From the NCBI GenBank assembly GCA_029547225.1, contig JAKPPS010000024.1:893-64892 (forward strand): a stretch of DNA of 64,000 nt. The letters are read 5' to 3'. Both the position numbers and the translations under genes were made by a program. Below are positions 55,480 to 64,000 of this stretch, one piece after another. Below the pieces are notes generated by a model, which saw nothing but the letters and a program-made list of their open reading frames with translations, was not told the DNA's origin and did not search any database. Source of the stretch: a bacterium (GTDB lineage Bacteria; Patescibacteriota; Dojkabacteria; SC72; WJKH01). Positions within the stretch are counted from its first letter, which is position 1. Every line of letters starts with the position of its first letter.

Positions 55480-56538
55480 ATGCAAAAAATCAACATTTCT
55501 GTAGCACCAATGGATGGTATTACTGATATAGCTTTGCGAAAAACTCTTGCAAGTGGAGAGAATTTTATTAAATATACACCAGATATCATATTTACCGAGT
55601 TTATCAATGTAGAAGCTCTACACCGAGATATTCGATCAGCTAACAGAGCAATGATCAAGTTACTAACTACTCCCAATGATGAAAAAAAGGCATTATCTAC
55701 GTATAAAGAATTGTTCGAGAAATACAATATATCTTCTTCAGACTCTGATAGTTTTTTATCAAGTTTCAAGAGTGCCTATAAAGGTAAACAGATGGCTCAA
55801 TTATATGGTAAAAATCCTAAATTATTTGCAGAGGCTACATCAAAAATTATTGAATTGGGATACGATGGTGTTGATATAAACATGGGTTGTCCAGCAAAGA
55901 AAATTGCACGGCGTATGGAAGGCGCGGGATTAATCAAAACTCCTGAGATTGCAATTGAGATTATTGATCAGGTTAAAAATATTGTTAATTCCTCAAATAT
56001 AGGTAAAGATTTTACAATTTCTGTAAAGACTCGCTTAGGGTTTGAAACAGATATCGCAGAGGAATGGTTATCTTTACTTGATAAACAAGACCTAAGTTAT
56101 ATTACACTTCATGGAAGGACTTTTGCGCAAGGCTATACAGGAAATGCAAACTGGGAAAGGATAGGTGAGGTACGCAAGAACCTACAAACGAAAATTATCG
56201 GAAACGGCGATATTATATCAATTGAAGATGCCAAAGAAAAACAGTCACAATATGATTTGTTTGGAGTAATGATAGGTCGAAATTATAATGCATTTATAAA
56301 ACCTGATAGATTAAGTCGTTTATCTGCACTTTATTATTATTTGAAAAACCATCAATTACTTATATCAGGTTTTTTTAGATCTTCTGATAGTGCATATGCA
56401 TCTGCCAAGAAGGTTATCGTAACATTTCTTAAATTTCTTGAATCAAAAAACAACTTACAATATAATTTGCTCTGTGCAAAATCTTACGAAGAGGCTTTTA
56501 AACTAATAGACCAAGAAATCAGTACCGTTTGTAATTAA
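55480..56538 (+). CDS. tRNA-dihydrouridine synthase
   Basis: VAPMDGITD, VDINMGCPAKKI (catalytic Cys), SVKTRLG and ITLHGRT. Confidence 0.85.
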   Translation: MQKINISVAPMDGITDIALRKTLASGENFIKYTPDIIFTEFINVEALHRDIRSANRAMIKLLTTPNDEKKALSTYKELFEKYNISSSDSDSFLSSFKSAYKGKQMAQLYGKNPKLFAEATSKIIELGYDGVDINMGCPAKKIARRMEGAGLIKTPEIAIEIIDQVKNIVNSSNIGKDFTISVKTRLGFETDIAEEWLSLLDKQDLSYITLHGRTFAQGYTGNANWERIGEVRKNLQTKIIGNGDIISIEDAKEKQSQYDLFGVMIGRNYNAFIKPDRLSRLSALYYYLKNHQLLISGFFRSSDSAYASAKKVIVTFLKFLESKNNLQYNLLCAKSYEEAFKLIDQEISTVCN

Positions 56539-56581
56539 CCTAATTGTAACGAAATTGATTATTTAGCTGAGAATACAAATT

Positions 56582-57166
56582 ATGAATAATCATAAATCAA
56601 GTGATAACAATAAAATACTAATACATGCATGTTGTGCAGATTGCCTTTCAAAGATCCTTACAGACAGCCAAATCGATGAATTGGATAAGGTTGTATATTT
56701 TTATAATCCTAATATTCATCCAAGGTCAGAATATCTAGCTCGATTATGTGCAATTCAAGCTGTATGTAAGGAAAAAGATATTAAAATTGTTATCGCAGAT
56801 TGGTCTCCAAAACAATATTTTAATGCACTTAAAAAAGCAAGTAATGCGGATTCAGATATTTCTACGAATAGGTGTGTATCATGTTGGAGATTGCGATTAG
56901 GCATGAGTATTGATTATGCTTTTCACAATATGTTTACTTACTTTACTTCGACATTATTAACAAGTCACTACATGGATCATGAGTCAATAATAGAGATTTC
57001 GAAAGAATTAATTGAGACTAAATCGAATCAGAATATCAAGCTCATAATACCTTCAGAGGATTGCTGTGATGTAAAGACAGGCGGGTTTTATAAGCAGAAT
57101 TATTGTGGTTGTGTATATTCACTTATCGAGAAATATCACGAAAAGTTTTTAACTAGCGAGAATTAA
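56582..57166 (+). CDS. queH: epoxyqueuosine reductase QueH (DUF208)
   Basis: LIHACCADC, YFYNPNIHP, RCVSCWRLRL and YKQNYCGCVYS cysteine motifs. Confidence 0.85.
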   Translation: MNNHKSSDNNKILIHACCADCLSKILTDSQIDELDKVVYFYNPNIHPRSEYLARLCAIQAVCKEKDIKIVIADWSPKQYFNALKKASNADSDISTNRCVSCWRLRLGMSIDYAFHNMFTYFTSTLLTSHYMDHESIIEISKELIETKSNQNIKLIIPSEDCCDVKTGGFYKQNYCGCVYSLIEKYHEKFLTSEN

Positions 57167-58789
57167 TGCTTTAATTCCATATCCATATTCACCAGTAAAC
57201 TCAAAGCCTCTTTTCATGTAATATTGTCGTGTACCGACGGCAGAAATAACTCCGAGTTTCTTGCAATTGTAGGATAAAGCTATTTTTTCTGCTTCCTTGA
57301 GTAATTGAGTTCCAATTCCTCTATGCTGTGTATATTGAGAATCACTATTTTGTGTTATCGATATCGGTTCACTTGGGCCATATACATGTAATTCTCGAAT
57401 ACAGCAATCAAAATCTTCAATTAGTTCAGCATTCATACTGTTTAGTATAGTTTTATTCGCTTGTTTAGTATTATTCAATATTGATAAACGTAGAAAGCCT
57501 GCAATTTTATCGTGTTTTGTTCGGAAAGATAAGAAAAACTCTATTGTATTATTAGTATTATATTCTACTGTATTTAATGTTAACTCTCTGATAGAAGGTT
57601 TTTCTTCTTTAATTTCATTACATCTTATACAATTGCATTTAAAACCATCTTGGTGCATTTTCTTAAGCACGTATTCACGAAGGTTTGTAAGCGTAGTACC
57701 TGCAATAATATTATTAGTAGGAATATCCCTAAATAATCGAGATATTCTAGTGTATGGTGGAACAATTCGTTTACATTTTACAAGAAGTTCAATTAAATCG
57801 CTTGTTGAGTATGGTTTATACTTATTCTTCTTATAAAGCTCATATAGTGCAGTTTTTTCAACAAGCACACAAGGATATATCTTCATTTCATCAGGATAAA
57901 TTCCGGTATTTTTATCAAATAATGATTTAAAGTCTTCATAATCCTTTTCGATTGTTGCTTGATAAAGATTACACATCCAGTGGACCATAATCTTAAATCC
58001 ATTTATTCTTAGAAGATTGATTGCTTCAAAAGTATCTTGAGCTGTATGCATCCTATTATTGGCAAGCAGTATTTGATCATTCATAGATTGTACTCCAAGT
58101 TGGACCTTAGTAACTCCAAATTTACGATATTCTTTAATACTATCGATAGATATTTTGTTGGGTCTTGTTTCAATTGACATACCTACACAACGCGATAATG
58201 CAGTTTCATTGATGCTTTGTAATTCATCCAACGAGTAAGTTGCATATTTATTCAAATCAAGATGGTTTAATGCAATAAAAATTTTTTTAATAAAATCGAC
58301 TCTATATTCAAACGAATAATCGTCCCAAGTGCCACCCGATATTATTATCTCTACTTTATCGGTTGAATGATTGTTGTTTCGAAGCGATTCGAGCCTGCGA
58401 ATAATCTGAAAATAAGGATCGTAATTTTGTCCAATAGCTCTCTGAACTGCAGGTTCATCGGAAAGATAACTTTTAGGTAAAGTATTATCTGTGGGACAAA
58501 ATACACAATTTCCACTGCAAAAATAAGGTTTAGTAAAAATTGTGATAGGGACAATCCCTGACATTGATCGAACTCTTTTTACTGATAATAACGACTTAAG
58601 CTTAGGATTATTCAAATAAACATTAGCTCTTTGCTCTGAAGACAAGGCATTGATATATGAGATAATCTCATGCTTTGAAAGTAGCCTACCATTTTCATAT
58701 GTGAATTTTTTACTTAATATCTGCCATTTATCACCATTAAGAATAGGTTTATTAATGATAGATAAAATAGCCTCATTCTTTGTAAGCAT
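57149..58789 (-). CDS. elp3: Elp3-type radical-SAM/GNAT tRNA uridine-34 carboxymethyl-modification enzyme
   Basis: Radical SAM CSGNCVFCP (CxxxCxxC), GVQS, and a C-terminal GNAT QHRGIGTQLLKEAEKIA. At 546 aa it is collinear with the Elongator subunit 3 architecture. Confidence 0.85.
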   Translation of the reverse strand: MLTKNEAILSIINKPILNGDKWQILSKKFTYENGRLLSKHEIISYINALSSEQRANVYLNNPKLKSLLSVKRVRSMSGIVPITIFTKPYFCSGNCVFCPTDNTLPKSYLSDEPAVQRAIGQNYDPYFQIIRRLESLRNNNHSTDKVEIIISGGTWDDYSFEYRVDFIKKIFIALNHLDLNKYATYSLDELQSINETALSRCVGMSIETRPNKISIDSIKEYRKFGVTKVQLGVQSMNDQILLANNRMHTAQDTFEAINLLRINGFKIMVHWMCNLYQATIEKDYEDFKSLFDKNTGIYPDEMKIYPCVLVEKTALYELYKKNKYKPYSTSDLIELLVKCKRIVPPYTRISRLFRDIPTNNIIAGTTLTNLREYVLKKMHQDGFKCNCIRCNEIKEEKPSIRELTLNTVEYNTNNTIEFFLSFRTKHDKIAGFLRLSILNNTKQANKTILNSMNAELIEDFDCCIRELHVYGPSEPISITQNSDSQYTQHRGIGTQLLKEAEKIALSYNCKKLGVISAVGTRQYYMKRGFEFTGEYGYGIKALILAS

Positions 58790-58868
58790 AAATAGAATAT
58801 AAAATAAATAATAGTCAGTAAATATTATTAGTCTGGCACTAATATTATTGTAAATATCGTATGTAACG

Positions 58869-60563
58869 CTATTCTGTCTCTGATAAAAGCTCGTTAATAT
58901 CCTTCACAAACCTTATTTGATCAGAATCTCTTCTTTTTACTTCAAGACCACCGTTTTGCATACTCCTTTTTGAACATACAATCCGATATGTGCAACCTAT
59001 TAGATCAGCATCTGCAAATTTCTCACCCATTGAGTTTGATCGTTCATCCCACAAACAATCATCTTTTACTTTTTCATAAATTGATTCAGCTAATTTTATA
59101 GCTTCAGGATCATTATCTGATATTAAATGATATTTAAAAGGAGATACAACATCAGGCCAAATAATACCTTTTGAGTCATTATGACATTCGACTATTGCTG
59201 CCAAAGTACGCTCCACACCAATACCGTAACAACCCATGTAATACATTTTAGTTTTTCCATCAGCATCATCGAATTCTGTGCCTTTCATCAATTTAGGATA
59301 ATGTTGCCCAAGCTGAAAGATATTTCCAACCTCTAAGCCTTTCTTAAGTGTTAATCTAGATTTTCCTTGAGGATCGTAAAATCCTTCCTTCGCAAGTGCA
59401 ATATCAGCTGTAATATCATGCTCAAAATCTCGTCCATAATTTACATTAATACTATCTTTATCATCGGATTTTTGACCACCAATAAAATTTCTGACAGTAC
59501 GAAGAGAGTTATCCCCTACATACTTAACACGGCTGTCTGTATTGCCCCAACAATGCACATATCCTGACTTAGTGCCTATTGACTCCAAGTCCTCATCTGA
59601 AGCATCGTCTAGAAGTCCTACTGCATCTAATACATGCTCCAATTTATTCTTATTCACATCTAAGTCACCACGAATTGAAGCTATGATTATTTCACCAGTT
59701 ACACGATTTTTGTATACGACATTTTTTAAATACTTCCATATAGGCTGACCATAGTGTTTTTGGTTATCGTCCATTGTTTTAACCCATTCTGGTTGTTCGA
59801 TAATCTCCATGGGTAATATTTCTTCATCAGGATTCATATCCTCAAGTTTAAACTCAGCAATATCCTCATGCGCAATATATGAACCGTCTTCATTTGTAAA
59901 AAATAAGCTTTCACCTCCATCACACAACACATCGAATTCATGACAATAATCACCTCCGAAATAACCATTATCTGCAGGTACCGGAATTGTATCGAGCCCA
60001 AGTCTAGAAAAAAGTCTGGAATATGTATCGGACATATTCTGATACTCCTTATCAAAGTCTTCTTCAGTAGCATGGAACGAATATCCATCTTTCATAGTAA
60101 ATTCACGAGCCCTTATCAAACCACCTTTTGCTCTAATCTCATCTCGGAATTTTGTTGAAAATTGGTATAGATTAAATGGCAAATCTCTATAGCTTATCTG
60201 AAATTTTCGTACAAGATCAACAATCATCTCTTCGGCAGTACCACCAAGTGCAAAACCTGCACCCCTACGATCTTTTACAGTCATTAATTCAAAGTTCGAG
60301 GAACTAACACGATTTGTTTCTTCCCATAATTCAAGAGGGTGTAGGGTAGGGGCAAGAACTTCCTGCGCACCAGCTTTATCCATCTCTTCTTTTATTACTG
60401 CCATTATTTTCTTCCTAACAATATTTCCTAGCGTCAAGAAATAGTATCTGCCAGCAACAGATTCTCTAATAAATCCGGCTTTATACAATAATTTGTGTGA
60501 AATATTTGAAGCATTTTTAGGCTCCTCTCTAACTGTTTTTCCGAATAATCTAGAATATTTCAT
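58869..60563 (-). CDS. proS: proline--tRNA ligase (bacterial type)
   Basis: ISHKLLYKAGFIRE..AG.Y, class II motif 2 FRDEIRAKGGLIRAREFTMKD.YSFH, and motif 3 MGCYGIGVERT; 564 aa. Confidence 0.93.
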   Translation of the reverse strand: MKYSRLFGKTVREEPKNASNISHKLLYKAGFIRESVAGRYYFLTLGNIVRKKIMAVIKEEMDKAGAQEVLAPTLHPLELWEETNRVSSSNFELMTVKDRRGAGFALGGTAEEMIVDLVRKFQISYRDLPFNLYQFSTKFRDEIRAKGGLIRAREFTMKDGYSFHATEEDFDKEYQNMSDTYSRLFSRLGLDTIPVPADNGYFGGDYCHEFDVLCDGGESLFFTNEDGSYIAHEDIAEFKLEDMNPDEEILPMEIIEQPEWVKTMDDNQKHYGQPIWKYLKNVVYKNRVTGEIIIASIRGDLDVNKNKLEHVLDAVGLLDDASDEDLESIGTKSGYVHCWGNTDSRVKYVGDNSLRTVRNFIGGQKSDDKDSINVNYGRDFEHDITADIALAKEGFYDPQGKSRLTLKKGLEVGNIFQLGQHYPKLMKGTEFDDADGKTKMYYMGCYGIGVERTLAAIVECHNDSKGIIWPDVVSPFKYHLISDNDPEAIKLAESIYEKVKDDCLWDERSNSMGEKFADADLIGCTYRIVCSKRSMQNGGLEVKRRDSDQIRFVKDINELLSETE

Positions 60564-60630
60564 ATATGTAAAATATAAATTTAATTATTATTAAGTTCGT
60601 GTAACAATATTTATAATATCCCATTATAAA

Positions 60631-60689
60631 GCAAAAACGCCCCCATAAATAGTATAACCAAAAAATGTTAATACTATTTACAAGGGCGT
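60631..60689 (-). terminator. intrinsic terminator of the T-box leader
   Basis: On the minus strand, ACGCCC-TTGT-AAATAGTAT ... ATACTATTT-ATGG-GGGCGT is followed by TTTTTG. Its 5' arm overlaps the 3' arm of the antiterminator. Confidence 0.8.
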
Positions 60690-60870
60690 AATTTGAAATA
60701 CGCGATACCACCTTGATTTATGCATACATCGCTGCACGCACCTTGATGCTTACCAACATAAGCTTCTTCATTTATATTCCTAGAAGATAAGGAGAGTGTT
60801 TCGATAGATTCCTATTTTGCACTCGCACTCGCAATTGGGATTGGTCATCATGCATATACTTAATTATAAC
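60631..60870 (-). promoter_or_regulatory. T-box riboswitch leader of proS (with a candidate -10 box at 60863..60868)
   Basis: The minus strand reads AAATCAAGGTGGTATCGCG (T-box sequence, 60719..60701). Antiterminator: CAAGG, 7-nt bulge TGGTATC, GCG, loop, CGC, CCTTG. A mutually exclusive terminator follows. AUGAUGA (K-turn-like) lies near the 5' end. Confidence 0.8.
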
Positions 60871-60972
60871 ATAAATACAAGAAAATAGTATCAGTTATGA
60901 GATTAATAAAATGTGTGCTAATTAATTTTTGTCTATAAATCAAATATTATGCCTGAGAATAGAGCATAAAAA

Positions 60973-61407
60973 TTACAAACAAGGATCAGTTCCCCAGTCG
61001 GCATGGCCACGGTTTTCATGGCATTTAAAACGATAGAGTAGATCTGTAAGTTCCCAATTGCTTTCAGAAATGTTACTCCAGGTCTCAATATATTCAATTT
61101 CTGAAACGCTATCATCCATAGCAGTCACCTGCTTTAGAAAAATATACTTACCTGAAGAAGAAAGAATTTTACATTCTATTATTTTGCCTTCATTTATTAC
61201 GCAGATATCCTCTTCTGTTGGGACTTCTCTATCTGTAAGCGTTCTCGGTTGTAGTATTTCTTTTTTAAGATATAAGCTCTCATCAAAAGGAGAATCATTT
61301 TCCTTATTAAAGACAGTTAAAATTAATATCAATAGAATTGACAGAGAAACTATTAATAAGATTAGAGGTAGACTTATATTTCCCTTTTTCTTTTCAGTAT
61401 TTTCCAT
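60973..61407 (-). CDS. hypothetical membrane-anchored protein
   Basis: 144 aa with an N-terminal TM helix (ISLPLILLIVSLSILLILILTVF). No motif recognised. Confidence 0.4.
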   Translation of the reverse strand: MENTEKKKGNISLPLILLIVSLSILLILILTVFNKENDSPFDESLYLKKEILQPRTLTDREVPTEEDICVINEGKIIECKILSSSGKYIFLKQVTAMDDSVSEIEYIETWSNISESNWELTDLLYRFKCHENRGHADWGTDPCL

Positions 61408-61437
61408 AACGCTGCACCCATTAAAAAAATTAAATAT

Positions 61438-62517
61438 TTAATGCTTAATGCTTTTAATGATTTGTAATAAAGCCTTTTCAGTTAAACAAGGTTTGATTTC
61501 TTTATTACAATCGTGATTAACCTCATATATTGTACCAATAATTCTATGCATCAAAGAGTACATAAAGGTATCTTCATCGAATTCGAAATTAGCTTTAAAC
61601 TGATCTAGTATTAAAATAAAATCATCAAGCATGTTCTTTTCGATAAGAATTCTTGCAAGGTATTCAGCTAAATCAAAATACCGAAATCTAAAAAAAGAAA
61701 ATTTTCCCCAATCTATAATCGTAATGCTAGGTTCTTGAATAGGTATAGCTGGTGATACGCTATTAATTTTAACCTCAAAGCTTATTTTTTTTGATTGTGG
61801 CATAATAAATGTCTGATTCTTAATTTTGGGAATTTCTTCAATAAAAATATGATTAAAATTCAACTCACCGTGAGAAGCACCACTTTCAAATGGTGATCCG
61901 AGCGTAAATGATTTTAACTTGGAAATGGCAAAGTTATAAATCTCCGAATACTTAAGTTGTGAGTTGGATATCCATGTCGTTAAGAACTGTTCCTGCTTTA
62001 ACTTCATTGCTTCAAGAAATTCTTTTGTTGGATTAAGGCTATTATTTGGTAATATCGATAAATTTGATTTGAGTTCTAGGCTGTCAATTTCTTTAACAAT
62101 CTCGAGTATTTTAGAATTGGTATATTCAAATTCATTATGATCTGCAAAAGAAAGCTTCTGACCATCCACCTCCTGAGTAACAATATACTTGATGTCTTCA
62201 TCAAGTATAGGAACATTATCTGAAGTTTTGAAAGAATTGTTGATAATGTCCTGGGATATTTCGCCTGATAATAATAGATTTTGTATTCGGAAAGATGAAA
62301 ACTCTGGATTCCCCTTAAGAAACCGACTCTCTGGATTTATTGTTGACTTGAAGCCAACTTTCAAAAAAGCATTATCATCCTTGCACTTTACTTTATATAC
62401 AAAGTTATTGAGTTGCTCAGAAGGTAAACCTAATTCGATTTCGGGATGATTTTTAAGTATTACTTTGATTACAATATCTCTAAGTTCGGGAAATTGCTCT
62501 CTTATTGATCTTGCCAT
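61438..62517 (-). CDS. kinase-like phosphotransferase (APH/choline-kinase fold) with an atypical catalytic loop
   Basis: FLKVGFKS lysine strand, SHGELNFNHIFIEE in place of the HGDxxxxN loop, and ITIIDWGKFSF...YFDLAEY (a DxG/DWE-like motif). Confidence 0.5.
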   Translation of the reverse strand: MARSIREQFPELRDIVIKVILKNHPEIELGLPSEQLNNFVYKVKCKDDNAFLKVGFKSTINPESRFLKGNPEFSSFRIQNLLLSGEISQDIINNSFKTSDNVPILDEDIKYIVTQEVDGQKLSFADHNEFEYTNSKILEIVKEIDSLELKSNLSILPNNSLNPTKEFLEAMKLKQEQFLTTWISNSQLKYSEIYNFAISKLKSFTLGSPFESGASHGELNFNHIFIEEIPKIKNQTFIMPQSKKISFEVKINSVSPAIPIQEPSITIIDWGKFSFFRFRYFDLAEYLARILIEKNMLDDFILILDQFKANFEFDEDTFMYSLMHRIIGTIYEVNHDCNKEIKPCLTEKALLQIIKSIKH

Positions 62518-62575
62518 AAAACAAATAAATAAATAAATCGTGCACTAATAATGCTTATAAACGGACAACACTTCA

Positions 62576-63073
62576 TTATAGCTCATTTAGATATTGATTT
62601 AAAACCTCAATATCTTTTTGATTTATATGTATAAATTGTAAACTCGTTTCTGTCCCATCAATTAGCTGTGCTATCTTATACATAGTCCAATTACAAAAAC
62701 TATCTGTATAACCATTATTGACAATAATTCGATCGAAACCGTGAGTAGGGTAGTCAAGCAAATATTTGGGAACACCATTTTTGTCGATTTTCCTCTTTTT
62801 GTTAAATATATTTACAGCACTTGATTCAAAATAAGAATTACGTGATCGTGATGATGCAATCCCAATTATTAATTCCGGATTTTTCTCTTTTATTAATAAA
62901 CTAAACTGTTCAATATCGTTGTTAAAATGATGGAAAATGAAGTCTACGCTCCTTGATAATAAATGCTTATACGGAAAATTCGTAAACGAATAGATAAGAA
63001 CCCTTTTCAATGATTGTTTACCCAACATTAATTTATTATTTTTTTTATAAGCCAAGATTAGTTTGATAATCAC
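62576..63073 (-). CDS. pyroglutamyl-peptidase (C15)-like small protein
   Basis: ELIIGIASSRSRNSYFESSAVN (Glu), YTDSFCNWTMYKI (Cys) and LQFIHINQ (His) parallel the C15 Glu-Cys-His triad contexts as I recall them. The likely start is the ATG at 63028. Confidence 0.4.
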   Translation of the reverse strand: MIIKLILAYKKNNKLMLGKQSLKRVLIYSFTNFPYKHLLSRSVDFIFHHFNNDIEQFSLLIKEKNPELIIGIASSRSRNSYFESSAVNIFNKKRKIDKNGVPKYLLDYPTHGFDRIIVNNGYTDSFCNWTMYKIAQLIDGTETSLQFIHINQKDIEVLNQYLNEL

Positions 63074-63821
63074 TTATATAATCATCCGTTCTTTGACCCT
63101 TGGATCCGATAAGCCAAAGTGCCTTATCAAATGTTATCCAACTCCAGCGAGTTTTTTTACAGGCTTCAGACCATAATTCCTTAACAAACTTAATGTTTTG
63201 TTGAGTCATTTTCATACTATCAATAAATCCCCATTCGTAAGTTAATCTTACATCGTGTATATCGACTGGTTGAAGCACTTGATCAATATCTGTATATGAT
63301 AATTTGAGTAAATCTATATATGTTCTAACAAGAAAATTTGCAAGCTTATCCCCGAAACCTCTAAATCGCTTTATTCGAGAAAGTAATTCTAGTGCACTGT
63401 TTGATGAACTAATTATATTTATTGCCTTCCCAGAATAATCTTCATTCAGCAATTTCGCATTTACCTTAAACCTTTTAACAATTTCATTAGCATAACGAGG
63501 TTTAAAGTTTTTTCTTACAAAATCGAGAAGTACGGCATTTGGCATATTTAAAAAGAAGTTGGGATTTAACCATTCAGTATTGGTTTTATAAAGCCTATTT
63601 GCATTCTCATATAATTTGCTTGACTTTGTGGCATAATCCATTTGAATTATCCAAAAAAGAAATTGGATCTGTACTGTTTTGTCAGCATCGGGGACATAAT
63701 CTTCAGCGTTAGTTTTTTCTATAAAAATTCCTTGAGAATTTGTATACGCTTTACATATATCGTCAACTATTTCCTCAGGAGTCTTATTCAACACTTTGCT
63801 TACCATATATGTGTATATCAC
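63045..63821 (-). CDS. HhH-GPD-superfamily (DNA glycosylase-like) protein
   Basis: RIKRFRGFGDKLANFLVR (helix-hairpin-helix GxG), QPVDIHDVRLTYEWGF and FDKALWLIG resemble the HhH-GPD pattern. Confidence 0.4.
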   Translation of the reverse strand: MIYTYMVSKVLNKTPEEIVDDICKAYTNSQGIFIEKTNAEDYVPDADKTVQIQFLFWIIQMDYATKSSKLYENANRLYKTNTEWLNPNFFLNMPNAVLLDFVRKNFKPRYANEIVKRFKVNAKLLNEDYSGKAINIISSSNSALELLSRIKRFRGFGDKLANFLVRTYIDLLKLSYTDIDQVLQPVDIHDVRLTYEWGFIDSMKMTQQNIKFVKELWSEACKKTRWSWITFDKALWLIGSKGQRTDDYISDYQTNLGL

Positions 63822-63853
63822 TCAAAATACCAGATACTAAGACTAAAAAAAAA

Positions 63854-63924
63854 TTGCGGGACGTGGAATCGAACCACGATTCACGGCTTCAAAGGCCGGT
63901 GTCCTACCATTAGACGATCCCGCA
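63854..63924 (-). tRNA. tRNA-Gln (anticodon UUG)
   Basis: Acceptor TGCGGGA/TCCCGCA (the U1-A72 pair typical of bacterial tRNA-Gln), anticodon loop CTTTGAA, T arm CGTGG-TTCGATT-CCACG. Confidence 0.85.
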
Positions 63925-64000
63925 GTAAATTTTTAAATGAATTACCTCTTTTCATTCTCTTAAGCTCATGCTCTCGACATACTGCTTCAGAGCGAGTGGA

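Noticed and set aside
1-64000. Alternative genetic code (UGA reassignment, as in some CPR lineages and Mollicutes), and mobile or defence hallmarks such as CRISPR repeats, transposases, integrases or restriction-modification systems.
   Set aside because: Long housekeeping ORFs are intact under the standard code, and some terminate at TGA (for example 34819..34821). I saw no direct-repeat arrays and no transposase, integrase or restriction-enzyme motifs in any frame of the track.
63925-64000. A possible 3' end of a minus-strand CDS (...PLALKQYVESMSLRE followed by a stop codon) or an ncRNA at the right edge of the window.
   Set aside because: Only about 15 codons are visible before the window ends, which is too little to call.

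Overview
This is an AT-rich, gene-dense bacterial chromosomal segment made mostly of housekeeping genes. The small genome style, weak or absent Shine-Dalgarno sequences and tailed ribosomal proteins suggest a Patescibacteria/CPR-like organism; that is my inference and is not proven. Standard code 11 fits, and TGA works as a stop codon.

Recognisable content:
- **Cell division:** ftsQ-ftsA-ftsZ and a SEDS protein.
- **Translation:** ileS; rplU, a methyltransferase, then rpmA; rplS; gatC-gatB with a separate gatA; proS.
- **Chromosome and envelope:** parA-parB-lepB, lgt, a HelD-like helicase.
- **Other core genes:** mnmA, rnhB, gpmI, dnaE, uvrC.
- **tRNA modification cluster:** dus, queH and a bacterial Elp3.
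- **tRNA genes:** seven.

I found no CRISPR array, IS element, transposase, integrase or rRNA.

Most notable observations:
1. A conserved, apparently structured element of about 165 nt occurs in three copies. It has four ordered sequence boxes, and two copies lie in tRNA trailers.
2. A tRNA-Leu(UAG) of 117 nt has a variable arm that forms a hairpin of about 20 bp.
3. A T-box leader lies upstream of proS. Its antiterminator/terminator switch is clear, but its specifier codon is unresolved.
4. A MazG-like gene is frameshifted, and a YraN-like ORF has no canonical start codon.
5. An envelope operon encodes a transglutaminase-like protein and a cupin PGI-like protein, both with substituted catalytic residues.

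All motif calls come from reading the translations by eye. No database search was run.
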